DNA from: Tolypothrix carrinoi HA7290-LM1
GTDB lineage: Bacteria; Cyanobacteriota; Cyanobacteriia; Cyanobacteriales; Nostocaceae
Length of the DNA: 64,000 nt
Direction of reading: 5' to 3'
Assembly (NCBI GenBank): GCA_019358935.1
Contig: JAHHIK010000025.1
Location: 1 to 64,000 of the forward strand
A program made the position numbers and the translations under genes. This document shows positions 1 through 11,624 of this stretch, in pieces. Every line of letters starts with the position of its first letter. Position 1 is the first letter of the stretch. Below the pieces are notes generated by a model. The model did no database searches. It had not been told where the DNA came from and saw only the letters and a program-made list of their open reading frames with translations.

Positions 1-117
1 CTGCTCGACACCCCAAGGTACGAACTTTAACGCTTAGAGATAACAGCTACTCTTGCTTAAGGAGTGGTCTGGGGGAGTCCGTATTGCTACGACTTGTTAC
101 GGTCTATGGCGTTTAGA

Positions 118-225
118 TTACTCCCCATAATCTGTATACTGACGCTTGTATGGAGCTTGCAAACCCAAGACAATATCCTCTCGTGGTACTCCCATCATCA
201 CTAATTCCTCTGCTGGATTGCGATC
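118..225 (-). pseudogene. xisI: XisI family 3' remnant
   Basis: Minus strand reads DRNPAEELVMMGVPREDIVLGLQAPYKRQYTDYGE*, the typical XisI C-terminus; no start codon, in-frame TAG just upstream, break coincides with HIP1 at 220-227. Confidence 0.75.
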
Positions 226-409
226 GCACTCCTATATCATTACAAGCCAAGCAAAATCATGCTTTTATAGGTTATTCTTAAAATGGATATCAAACCTGTA
301 AACACGCTTGGTTAACAATGGTATCTAATGATTTAGTGGAACAATTACGTCTTTCTTGCTAATCGACATAGAAAAAGAGCGATCGCACCATTCGCTACTA
401 AGACGTATT

Positions 410-1198
410 CTAATTCAAGAACACAGCACCATTTTTGTCAATTCTCATTGCACTTTTATCCATTTTCACGTCGGTTGTTTCCTTGAATGAAAGTTGCAAC
501 ATACCTTCTTGAGAAGATCCTTGTGGTGTCACCATCAATAGTCCCTTATCCTGACGATAGAAAGTAACCGTTACAGGAGTGCTTAAACCTTGCAGCATCA
601 CCTCAGATTTACCTTGCAGGGTTCGCGGTGCTGTATCGCCAATTACTTGATAGCTAATAGGTGCGGCTGTCTGATTTACCAAGCGGACACCTACTTTGCC
701 ACTCATGGGCATTACCATTGCTACAGCGGGTTGTTGCTGTTGTGGGGATGGTGTTTGGATTACGGAAGTTTGGCTTTGTTGTGTGGTGGAGTTGTTCACA
801 GCAGTAGATGAATTGCTCATGCCTTGTGGCGATCGCATCATCGACGACTGGCTGTTATAATTGTAATTCTGCGATGTGCTTGTTCCATCGGGCATTTCAC
901 CGCCTACACCCATCGTTGTTTGTTCGGGTGTTGGGTTAACAGAGGTGTTGTTGCGAATAGGAGTTTGCCCTTGCATTCCCATTTTTTGCGTGAAAGCATT
1001 AGGGGGGCATCCTTGAGGAACCATAACTCGATTGTTGTGCGGTTCTTCGTAGAAAATCCGAGGGCAAGGGTTAATTTTGGGAGTAGATTGTTGGGCGATC
1101 GCCGCATGTGGAACTGCTGGCAAACCTATAAGCAGTCCGCCAAAAATAGTCCCTAGCAATTTCGCCGAATTCCGCCAATTCTGTTGATGTTTATTCAT
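410..1198 (-). CDS. Secreted hypothetical protein, Q/S/T/M-rich linker and beta-rich C-terminal domain
   Basis: Long ORF (alternative start 1222) with Sec-like signal LLGTIFGGLLIGLPAVPHAAIA and CPRIFYEEPHN motif. Confidence 0.8.
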   Translation of the reverse strand: MNKHQQNWRNSAKLLGTIFGGLLIGLPAVPHAAIAQQSTPKINPCPRIFYEEPHNNRVMVPQGCPPNAFTQKMGMQGQTPIRNNTSVNPTPEQTTMGVGGEMPDGTSTSQNYNYNSQSSMMRSPQGMSNSSTAVNNSTTQQSQTSVIQTPSPQQQQPAVAMVMPMSGKVGVRLVNQTAAPISYQVIGDTAPRTLQGKSEVMLQGLSTPVTVTFYRQDKGLLMVTPQGSSQEGMLQLSFKETTDVKMDKSAMRIDKNGAVFLN

Positions 1199-1426
1199 TT
1201 TTTTATTCTCCAAAATCTTCACTTTGATATCTTCAAAAATATTAATATTTGAATATTAGCTAATGAATAATAAACCTTACCTCTAGCTATGAGGTGAAAA
1301 AATCAAAAATTTCCTATTTTTATTTCCGCCTTAAGTAAAAAGTAAATCTATCATTAGTTATAGTTTGACGAAAAATTAAGAGGTAAGAATTGCTGAAAAT
1401 TCCCACCTCCTAACTTTATATTTGAT

Positions 1427-2173
1427 TTACGCTTCTTCCCACATTTTGCGAACTAGATCGGGCAACCAGCTAGCAATTTCCTGAATTCGTTCTTCTGATA
1501 GTTCGTCTTTAGTGGCAGAAAATATTGCCATGACTACCTTTTCGCGGTCAGCATTTGGTGGCATTCCACCTTCATTAGCGACCCGAAATAAAAAGCGATC
1601 GCTATCAATCTTAAAGATGCCAGGACCTTGCCAGGGTGGACGTACCCGACTTAAAAACCCGACAATCGGATTTGTATCGTGCCATAAATCGGCAATTTCC
1701 ATTTGTAGCGATTTATCATCAGTTTTTTCGGCTGGTTTGTGCAATTCCCCTTCAACGCGATCGGCAGCTTCGGTACTCATCAAATCGCGCATCACCCGGA
1801 ATGCGACTTCTGTGATATCTCTAGCATCGAAGATATCTGCCAAACCCCCATTCACCATCACCTTTTCCAAAAAGGGCAAATCTTTCTCAGCGATTGGTGC
1901 AGATGAACCTGACTCTGGGTTTTTCGACAACTTATCCTCATAGTTGTCTATCAGATTACGCCCTTTATCGGTTATTTTTGCCTTCTGAAAGCGACCATCG
2001 TTTGTAAACTCAGCATTAATGTACTGATTTTGATTTAGGTAATCTAAATGAGCTAATAAATCTGCTTCTGATAATTTGTTTCCAGAAAAATCAACTTCAT
2101 GCAATTCTTGCCCACTTTCGGCAATTTTTTTTAGTAAATCGTAGAGCTCGTGTCTGACTATAGAAATTGGCAT
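1427..2173 (-). CDS. DUF2267 domain protein with N-terminal winged-helix-like extension
   Basis: 248 aa ORF; FLEKV...AFRVMRDL and AIFSATKDELS...IASWLP...W motifs. Confidence 0.75.
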   Translation of the reverse strand: MPISIVRHELYDLLKKIAESGQELHEVDFSGNKLSEADLLAHLDYLNQNQYINAEFTNDGRFQKAKITDKGRNLIDNYEDKLSKNPESGSSAPIAEKDLPFLEKVMVNGGLADIFDARDITEVAFRVMRDLMSTEAADRVEGELHKPAEKTDDKSLQMEIADLWHDTNPIVGFLSRVRPPWQGPGIFKIDSDRFLFRVANEGGMPPNADREKVVMAIFSATKDELSEERIQEIASWLPDLVRKMWEEA

Positions 2174-2396
2174 CTAACCCTCCACAAATGCTTTTATATA
2201 TGCGTTTTCGCCGAGTGCGATTTTTACCAACAGCAAGCTAGCAGTTTGAATAACTACTAAAATAAACTTCAGCAGTAGGAATTTCAAACCGCTAGAGACC
2301 AAATTGATGGCTCAAATCTCATGGCTTCGCAATATAAATTACAAATAAAATTCAAACATGTGCATCTGTCACAGGAAACAATTGTCTGTTGAAAAA

Positions 2397-4055
<1,659 letters not shown>

Positions 4056-4852
4056 ACTTGTTACTTTTTAGCCATTAATCATTAATAATCAGTTTTTCTT
4101 AGTTATTACTTTAAATCTTATTTACTCTGCCTACCGAAAAGCAGAACCTATTCCCCGCAGAGTCGGATAGGCAGACTTCATTTTTGTACCTGTAAACAGC
4201 GCGACTTTAGTTGCTTCCTCTCTTTTGGCAAAGGGCACTGAAATCTAAGTTACTATTAATGCTTTTAGCTGAGAAGATGTCTTCAGTGCTATTACTGAGA
4301 ATATTTGGTATGAACCTCCTCACAATTCCATATTCTCACTGAAGTGGTCTTTTAGGTAAACAGGTTAAATTCTTCTTGTAAAGAACCCAGGAGGAGAAAT
4401 TAATAATTATCAGCAAATTTAACTAATAAAAATTCCAAGGAGAATAATCTAATAAGGAATTTTTTATTGTTTAAGCCAGCCATCACTCTCTTTTTTTAGT
4501 TGGTTTATTAAGTTACATATTCTTGCTAATAAATTCAACAAAAATAATGCATTGGTGTTACAGAGGTTTCAATTTTCCACAAAGGAGGTGATGTTCAAAA
4601 GAGTTGAAATTTAAAATGCAAAATTCCAAATGCTAACAACTAATGCTGGCACTCATCCTGGAATTACGACTGTATACAACTTAAGTAGTTTTTCCAAGAT
4701 AAGACAGTTCTCAATGCACTCTCGGGCTTACCAGGGAATCTCTATCAAACAGTAATTAACAAAACCCAATTAGTTTGAATGAGTGACAAAACGAGAGTTA
4801 ATCACATTTACACAATTGACACTACCTACACCTCGGAGAGATTTTTGACATC

Positions 4853-5422
4853 ATGAAAAACAAAGTTTTAGTTATTCTAGCTGCTAGTGCTGCCGCTTTG
4901 GGTAGCGCTATTATTGCAGCACCTGCTAATGCACAAACCGCAAATTTACCAGTAGAAATTCAAGTCAAGCCAGGTGTCTTCCTGCGTACATATGAAAGTC
5001 TGAAATTTGTGGTTAGCACACAGGATTTATTAGGAGGAAAATCCGTAGAGCAAGTTGGTAAATACGATGAAACAACTGGCACTATTACACCTCTACTAAG
5101 GACTCCTCCTACGGGTGAGTCAACAGACGAAGTTATCAAGACAATATCGCCGCTATACCAGGTTTGGGGTGGAACAGGATCGACAGTTAAAATTACTCCA
5201 ACTAAAGACACTCTTGTGAGTTCAGGTGGTGGTGGACTTGGTAGCGCTGATACAGTCCTTATGAGTGTTGAACAGGGAAATGATGTTACAACCACAGCTA
5301 CTCCGGCTGGTACTCCTTTTGAAGGCACAGCTAAACTTAAGTTTAAATTTAGCAACCGCAATACCAGCGCAGGTACAAGTTACACCGGAGGTCAGCTATC
5401 AATCTCTGTTGTTAGTCCGTAA
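4853..5422 (+). CDS. Putative major pilin subunit of a chaperone-usher-type system
   Basis: 189 aa, signal peptide ending ANA, beta-rich T/G/S composition, terminal strand YTGGQLSISVVSP; RBS GGAG; first gene before chaperone and usher. Confidence 0.6.
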   Translation: MKNKVLVILAASAAALGSAIIAAPANAQTANLPVEIQVKPGVFLRTYESLKFVVSTQDLLGGKSVEQVGKYDETTGTITPLLRTPPTGESTDEVIKTISPLYQVWGGTGSTVKITPTKDTLVSSGGGGLGSADTVLMSVEQGNDVTTTATPAGTPFEGTAKLKFKFSNRNTSAGTSYTGGQLSISVVSP

Positions 5423-5444
5423 TCAACTTTAAACTGTCAATATT

Positions 5445-5474
5445 TCTGGTGCAGGCAAAATGCCTGCTTCCAGA
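5445..5474 (+). terminator. Stem-loop after the putative major pilin gene
   Basis: TCTGG-T-GCAGGCA-AAA-TGCCTGC-TT-CCAGA. Confidence 0.55.
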
Positions 5475-5708
5475 ATTCTCTAGATACAAATTAATGACTG
5501 CACACAAACATCAAATCAAAACAAAGTGCAGATTCCAATAGGGTTTATGTCATTAATTATGATAAGTATTTCTTCCAGGAAAAAGCCCTGAAATTAAGAA
5601 CAATTTGTAACCTGCAAATAATCATAATTGATGACATAAATAAAAAATGTGAAAAGCTTAAAACTTCATATTAACTTTTTCACATCCAAATTCCATACTT
5701 TTGAGAAA

Positions 5709-6257
5709 ATGAACTGCCGACAGATTATTAGATGCAACTTAAGTATCCTTGTGGTACTTTTATTCGTTCAACAACCAAAAGTCTTAGCACAATCAAATAC
5801 TCTTGGCTGTCAGGCAGAACTTTATCGGTTATCTGTTGTTGAAGAGAAAGTTCCGAATCTGACACAAATAGACATTCTAGGTGATAGGAATGTAGAACAA
5901 GTTCGTACTCGAGAAGAACTATTAGCAGGTAAACCACCTTACAAGTTAATTGCCACTAAAGAAGTGCCAACATACTGGCAGATGCGAGTAAAGAATACAG
6001 ATTCAGCATCTCTTATTGGAAAGAATGCCACATATGAAGTGGTAAACCCTGAGAATCGAACAGGTAATCCTTTGAAAAAAGCTGAAGCCAAACATTTTGG
6101 AAACATTCAGCAAATTACAACCTGCAATGACGACACAGTTGTAGTAGGGGAAGGAGTGGTTTTGGAATTTAGTGAATTATCCCAATTGATGGTAGACGGT
6201 ACTTTTAAGGCACAAATTCAGGTGTGTGTACCAGTAAATAATACGCAGTGTCCGTAA
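5709..6257 (+). CDS. Putative minor pilin / tip subunit
   Basis: Signal peptide ending VLA, four Cys in the mature part, C-terminal GTFKAQIQVCV strand; in operon (alternative start 5649). Confidence 0.55.
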   Translation: MNCRQIIRCNLSILVVLLFVQQPKVLAQSNTLGCQAELYRLSVVEEKVPNLTQIDILGDRNVEQVRTREELLAGKPPYKLIATKEVPTYWQMRVKNTDSASLIGKNATYEVVNPENRTGNPLKKAEAKHFGNIQQITTCNDDTVVVGEGVVLEFSELSQLMVDGTFKAQIQVCVPVNNTQCP

Positions 6258-6304
6258 AGCTGTATTTTTTTTGCATTTGTTGTGTGAGAAAGTTAAAGGT
6301 TCAA

Positions 6305-7207
6305 ATGTTTCAAAAAACTGCAAAACATATAGCGTTAAGTTTAATTAGCTTGTTTGCCTGGGGAATACCAAGTGCTAATGCAATTGATGTTGGTGTCAGT
6401 CCTTCCCGTATCGAATTAAATATTAAAGGCAAACAAGCTCGTTCCAATTCCATTCAAATTACTAACTTGTCCAACAAGCCAGCAGAAATGAAGGCTTATG
6501 TACGGAATTGGACAATGGATGAAAAAAATGAGCTAGAAGATGCACCATCCAACGAGCAATCTCTAGACCAGTGGATTGTTTTTACTCCCTCTAGATTTAC
6601 AATTCCACCCCGCAGTACTCAAACTGTACGCTTTGCAATTCGTCCTAAAGTTAAACCCGCTCCTGGCGAATATCGTGCTGTTATTTATTTAGAAGAAATT
6701 GCTGCTGACAATCCAGATTCGCAGGCTATTAGCACTCTCGGTCGTGTAGGTGTTGTTGTCTATGGCTATACAGGAGAAGTAAAGCGAGTCGGTACTGTCA
6801 ACTCTGTGAGCGTTGATACTAAATCTAATGTCATTAAAGCATTATTTGATGTGTCGAATAAAGGTAATGCACACATTAGAATTAATGGTCAATACGCTAT
6901 CTGGCGTGCTGCTAACTATCCAGGTGCGAAAGCAACACAACCTATAGCTGGTGTAGGTAATCCAAAGACCAAGCTACCAGCAAGCATTGTTCAGGCTGGA
7001 GTTTTAGAATTACCACCTATTTTGCCAGATAATCGTCGCCAACTTTTACAACCTTTAACCAGACAACTACCTCCTGGTAACTACGTATTGGATATCAACG
7101 GTAACTTGAGTGGGATGGCGGTTGATACAGGTATTCCTTTCACTGTTCCAGCTGCGGCTAACGCCTCAAAACCTGCTCCTAAACCTGTGAATTCTTCAGC
7201 TAAATAG
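6305..7207 (+). CDS. PapD-like pilus assembly chaperone (CccP-like)
   Basis: Signal peptide then IDVGVSPSRIEL, FTPSRFTIPP..TQTVRF, PGEYRAVIYLEE, VSNKGNAHIR. Confidence 0.8.
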   Translation: MFQKTAKHIALSLISLFAWGIPSANAIDVGVSPSRIELNIKGKQARSNSIQITNLSNKPAEMKAYVRNWTMDEKNELEDAPSNEQSLDQWIVFTPSRFTIPPRSTQTVRFAIRPKVKPAPGEYRAVIYLEEIAADNPDSQAISTLGRVGVVVYGYTGEVKRVGTVNSVSVDTKSNVIKALFDVSNKGNAHIRINGQYAIWRAANYPGAKATQPIAGVGNPKTKLPASIVQAGVLELPPILPDNRRQLLQPLTRQLPPGNYVLDINGNLSGMAVDTGIPFTVPAAANASKPAPKPVNSSAK

Positions 7208-7435
7208 CTTTTGCTACAGCTAAAGTTCTTACTCTTCAGGGTGAATTGACTGTAACCCTGAGAGAGTTTGCTGCCAAAAAATTTTTCAAGCATTAAATAG
7301 TGCTGAGTTCTCAGTCCACCAGTATTAAGTAAAATGCATTTTCCTTACTTATAACTTAACAGCTAAGACTGGGTGAATTTAATTACAGTTCACAGCTTAT
7401 TTAGAGGCTAAATACTTCAAAACTTGTGCTTACGT

Positions 7436-10400
7436 ATGCTCTACCTAGCTTTACCACCTGCGCCCCCGCCAATTTTCATTACGTTGACACCTGAACAGGT
7501 TGCTAACAAATCGGACATAAGACAAAGTTTGGCTGCTGACCCAACAAAAGCCTCGCTACAAAATAGTGCAACGAAAGCACAAACTAAGGTTTGTCGATCG
7601 CCACAATTTCCGCCTCATAAATCCGATCTCGTCAACAATTTATTAGGGAAAATGCTGGCGGCTTCTAATCAAGCAAGAGAAGCTGTAGTTTGCACCACAT
7701 CCCAAAATAAAAAGTCGGTAATTCTAAGTTTCCAAGCACAAACTCAGAAACAAAAACAAGCAAAAGGTTTTTTACCAGCCGCCAACCAAAAAACAGAAAA
7801 CACTACCACCGCACCAGCATCAAGTTCAACTGAAAATAGTTCACCTACACCTAATATTGCGACAGTTGACGAGGAAGTAACAGCCTCTGCAAATGTATAT
7901 CCTCAAAATACTGCAACGCCAGCAAACACAAATACTAGTTCTGGTGAGCAACCTGGGTATCAAAAGTTAATTAGCAGCTTATCTAATAACAAATCTGCTG
8001 GTAAAAATACGATAGGTAAAATTCTTTCAGCAGTGCAGGAATTAATTAGCGTTTCTCTTTATGCTTCGCTAAATAATATTAGTAATGATGCGGTAAAATC
8101 AGATAATCAACATTCGGAAGAAATAGCGATCGCCACTCCTGAACAAACTACAGATAATAAAAAGCCAGAAGATAACAACAATAATAGTGTTACCCAAGAA
8201 ATTGCTAGCAACACAAATGCACAGACAGGAAAAATTCTCGCAATTGTGCAGGAACTAATCAGCGTTTCTATATCTGCTTCCTTAAATAATACAGTCAAAC
8301 CAGATACAAACACTTCAGAAGAAATAGCTAGTTCTATACCGCAGCAAACATCCACTTCCACAGAAAATACTAATTCCTTAACGGCTAACAATAATAAAAA
8401 GCCAGAAAATAATAATGCTAATGCTCCTAACCAAGAAAAGGTAGCAGCAAATAATGTTACTAATAATGACAGTAAAAATACGTTAATAGAAAAACTTACC
8501 GGAAAAGGTTCTATCCAGCTAGCCAAATCTCCCGATGAGCCTTTTTTGGTGGGTGTAATTATCAACGGTCGAGAAGTTGGTACTTTAGATATTATTCAAG
8601 AGGGAAATACTCTTCTAATTCCTTTAGAAAGCTTTGGGGAAATTGCTGGATTTCAGGTAGAAAATACTGATACCGCTATTCAAGTAAACACTCCTTTAGG
8701 AGTTGTCAAGCTACAACCGAATTCTCTAAAACAAATTAATGGTATTACATACATTATTAAATCTGCACTTAAAGATGAATTAAGCATAAATGTAGACTTA
8801 AACACTGCTGATTTAAGTTTGCTTACAGAGTTACCTTGGCGCGGAAATGTCGGACAATATCGAGCAAGAGCGGCTGATTTAAAACCAGAATTTTTTGCAC
8901 CTAGCAGCGGACTTTCAAATTTTAGACAAGAGTTAAATATTGATACGAATGGCGGAGATACAAGCCTACGTAGTTCTTCACTTTTGGGTGGTAGACTAGG
9001 AGGATGGGCTTACCGTTTGCGCTTGGATAATAATTTTGTTGACCAACCAGACGTTTCTGAATACTTTTTATATAAACATAGCGGTCGATTTCTTTATCAA
9101 TTAGGACGGCAACAAGTAGGGTTACATCCCCTGTTAAATGGCATCGATTTAACAGGTTTGCAATTCGGTTATAGCAATCTTCCAGAAGGTAGCTTCGGTA
9201 ATAGTTATAGTGCAAATGAGCTTTTACCGAGACGTTCTAGACCTATACAAAGTTTTCGCGGTAAAGCCGAACCAGCAAGTTTTGTACAACTGAGAGTTGG
9301 TGGTTCTGTAGTTGCCCAACAGCAGGTAGGATTTAACGGACTATACGAATTTATTGATGTCAATTTGCCTGTTGGTCAAAGCAATGAAATTGAAGTTTTG
9401 ATTTTTGACCGCAACAATTTGCGTGTACCCCGCGAAATTCGTACTGTCAGAATAAATGCCTCTGATTTGCTACTTCCCGCAGGTGGTAATGTACAGCTTG
9501 GTGGGTTAGGTTTTAGCGGTAACTTAGTCCAAAATGGTTTGTTGGGAGATATCAATTCTGATTATCAAGGAAAACCAGTTGGTTTTTATCAATTGCGGCA
9601 AGGACTTTCAAGTAATTTAACTTTTGAAAGTTCATTACAAGCTGTTCCCAATGCGTTGCAAAGTCAAGCTGGTTTAATTTGGCGTTTGGCAAATCCAGTT
9701 GTTTTATCTGCAAGTGTTGGGACTTCTGCTAATAAACTTGGTTACTCGGCAGATTTGGATGTGCAGTTAAATAGGTTGGAAATTAATGCTAATTCTCAAT
9801 CATTACCAGAAGGATATAGATTATTTAGAAACTCTACACAATTATTTAATCATAGTCTAGAACTAAAATATCGCTTCGGTAATACTCTCAATTTGGGATT
9901 TCTTGCTCGTAGTCGCAAAGATGATAGCGGTTCTGCTAGTTACATTTTACCTACTTTTTCGGCGCGACCTTTTTCAACATTATCTTTAAACGGTAGACCT
10001 GATTTTGACGGACGATATTTATTCAATGCTTTCTATCAGCCAAATAGATTAACTAGATTCTCTTTTAATACTTATGGTGATTCATATATTTCTGATTTGA
10101 CTTATAACTTAAGTGATACTTATCAGCTATCTTTTGGTAATGAATTTGGTGGGAATTCAGCACCTCGTTATTCTATAGGTATTGGTCATAATCCCAGTGA
10201 CCTCAGAGCACTAAGCTGGAACTTAGGAGTGTCATATAGAGATGGAGAAATAGGACCACTTGCAGGTGCTAGTATGCAGGTTCTACCAGGGTTATTTGCC
10301 AGACTTGAATATCAAGGTATCCCAAGTAGAACTAGAGGCAATTTTGGCGGCTTTGGCGACGATCGCCTGAGTTTATCACTGGTATCAGATTTATCTTTTG

Positions 10401-11017
10401 CCGGGGGTCGAGTCGCCCCAGCTAACTATAGCGGTATTGGCAAAGATCGCGGGGCGATCGCTGGACGCTTAGTAGTACAAGGTGAAAACAAAAAGTTTGA
10501 TTTAAGCGGCTCTAACGTCCGCGTGTACGATAAACGTAACCAAAGTGTCGGTAGTGCCAGAACAGACTCCAGCGGTAACTTCTTTGTCGGCAACTTGCCT
10601 GAAGGTAACTATATAGTTGAACTCGAACCCGACGAATTACCTGTAGAACTCTCCGTACCGAAAACTTCTACAGTCGTTCAGGTCGCTACCTCTGCTGTCA
10701 CTAAATTAGATTTCCCCGTTAGACCAGAATACGGTGTAGCCGGACGCATCACCGATGTAGCAGGTCAGCCCATTGAAAGAGTGCGAATTGAACTCATCAA
10801 CTCTGCCGGTGTCCGCGCTTTATCTGCGATGACTGACCAATTTGGTCTTTATCGCCTTGATGGAGTTCCTGTAGGAAAATATACGTTGCGGGTTTCTCCC
10901 CAAGATTCACTCAACCCCAATGATACTTTACCCAAACAACAAATCGAAATTAAGAGCGAGTTCGTTTATAACCAAAATCTGCAACTACCTATTTCTGCCG
11001 CAGCGAAGAAGAAATGA
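7436..11017 (+). CDS. Usher-like outer-membrane protein with C-terminal carboxypeptidase-regulatory-like Ig domains
   Basis: Long beta-barrel-like region; plug-like G.AEPASFVQLRVGG...GLYEFIDV segment; C-terminal TDSSGNFFVGNLPEGNY and TDQFGLYRLDGVPVGKY. Confidence 0.7.
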   Translation: MLYLALPPAPPPIFITLTPEQVANKSDIRQSLAADPTKASLQNSATKAQTKVCRSPQFPPHKSDLVNNLLGKMLAASNQAREAVVCTTSQNKKSVILSFQAQTQKQKQAKGFLPAANQKTENTTTAPASSSTENSSPTPNIATVDEEVTASANVYPQNTATPANTNTSSGEQPGYQKLISSLSNNKSAGKNTIGKILSAVQELISVSLYASLNNISNDAVKSDNQHSEEIAIATPEQTTDNKKPEDNNNNSVTQEIASNTNAQTGKILAIVQELISVSISASLNNTVKPDTNTSEEIASSIPQQTSTSTENTNSLTANNNKKPENNNANAPNQEKVAANNVTNNDSKNTLIEKLTGKGSIQLAKSPDEPFLVGVIINGREVGTLDIIQEGNTLLIPLESFGEIAGFQVENTDTAIQVNTPLGVVKLQPNSLKQINGITYIIKSALKDELSINVDLNTADLSLLTELPWRGNVGQYRARAADLKPEFFAPSSGLSNFRQELNIDTNGGDTSLRSSSLLGGRLGGWAYRLRLDNNFVDQPDVSEYFLYKHSGRFLYQLGRQQVGLHPLLNGIDLTGLQFGYSNLPEGSFGNSYSANELLPRRSRPIQSFRGKAEPASFVQLRVGGSVVAQQQVGFNGLYEFIDVNLPVGQSNEIEVLIFDRNNLRVPREIRTVRINASDLLLPAGGNVQLGGLGFSGNLVQNGLLGDINSDYQGKPVGFYQLRQGLSSNLTFESSLQAVPNALQSQAGLIWRLANPVVLSASVGTSANKLGYSADLDVQLNRLEINANSQSLPEGYRLFRNSTQLFNHSLELKYRFGNTLNLGFLARSRKDDSGSASYILPTFSARPFSTLSLNGRPDFDGRYLFNAFYQPNRLTRFSFNTYGDSYISDLTYNLSDTYQLSFGNEFGGNSAPRYSIGIGHNPSDLRALSWNLGVSYRDGEIGPLAGASMQVLPGLFARLEYQGIPSRTRGNFGGFGDDRLSLSLVSDLSFAGGRVAPANYSGIGKDRGAIAGRLVVQGENKKFDLSGSNVRVYDKRNQSVGSARTDSSGNFFVGNLPEGNYIVELEPDELPVELSVPKTSTVVQVATSAVTKLDFPVRPEYGVAGRITDVAGQPIERVRIELINSAGVRALSAMTDQFGLYRLDGVPVGKYTLRVSPQDSLNPNDTLPKQQIEIKSEFVYNQNLQLPISAAAKKK

Positions 11018-11141
11018 GACAAGGGGGATTAGGGGGACAAGGGGGATAGGGGGGACAAGGGGGATAGGGGGGACAAGGGGGATAGGGGGGACAAGGGGGA
11101 TAGGGGGGACAAGGGGGATTAGGGGGACAAGGGGGATTGGG
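11018..11141 (+). repeat. STRR array, about 7 x 18-bp GACAAGGGGGATWRGGGG (left arm)
   Basis: Directly visible tandem repeat. Confidence 0.95.
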
Positions 11142-11143
11142 AA

Positions 11144-11530
11144 GTGAAGAGAAACTCGTTTAAAAGTCATGAAGATTTGGCAATATTTCAGTTGGCATTT
11201 GATGTGGGAATGGAACTGTTTGAACTCTCCAAAAAATTTCCTGTGGAGGAACGGTACTCTTTAACAGATCAGATCCGTCGTTCATCACGTTCTGTATGTG
11301 CCAACATGGGCGAAGCATGGAGAAAACGCAGATACAAAGCTGCTTTCATTGCTAAACTCAATGATTGTGAAGCAGAGGCGGCTGAAACCCAGATTTGGAT
11401 AAAATTCGCTGTCAAATGTAAGTACATTGAAATAGAGCAAGGAAGAAAACTATACAGTACATACAACCAAGTTCTCAGCGGCTTAGTAAACATGATTAAC
11501 AACCCAAATCACTGGATTATCGGCGAATAA
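11144..11530 (+). CDS. Four helix bundle protein (23S rRNA intervening-sequence protein family, Avd-like fold)
   Basis: FPVEERYSLTDQIRRSSRSVCANMGEAW and EAAETQIW motifs. Confidence 0.9.
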   Translation: MKRNSFKSHEDLAIFQLAFDVGMELFELSKKFPVEERYSLTDQIRRSSRSVCANMGEAWRKRRYKAAFIAKLNDCEAEAAETQIWIKFAVKCKYIEIEQGRKLYSTYNQVLSGLVNMINNPNHWIIGE

Positions 11531-11534
11531 TCAA

Positions 11535-11611
11535 AATCCCCCTTGTCCCCCTTGTCCCCCCTGTCCCCCTTGTCCCCCTTGTCCCCCTTGTCCCCCTTGT
11601 CCCCCTTGTCC
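11535..11611 (+). repeat. STRR array, about 8 x TCCCCCTTG (right arm, inverted relative to 11018-11141)
   Basis: AATCCCCCTTGTCCCCC is the exact reverse complement of 11122-11138. Confidence 0.95.
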
Positions 11612-11624
11612 TTACCAAATAGAA

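Noticed and set aside
4056..4852. CRP/NtcA site or c-di-GMP riboswitch upstream of the pilus-like operon
   Set aside because: I could not find a convincing TGTGA-N6-TCACA, GTA-N8-TAC or GEMM motif by eye
11144..11530. Diversity-generating retroelement suggested by the Avd-like fold
   Set aside because: No reverse transcriptase and no TR/VR pair with adenine-specific mismatches seen in the window
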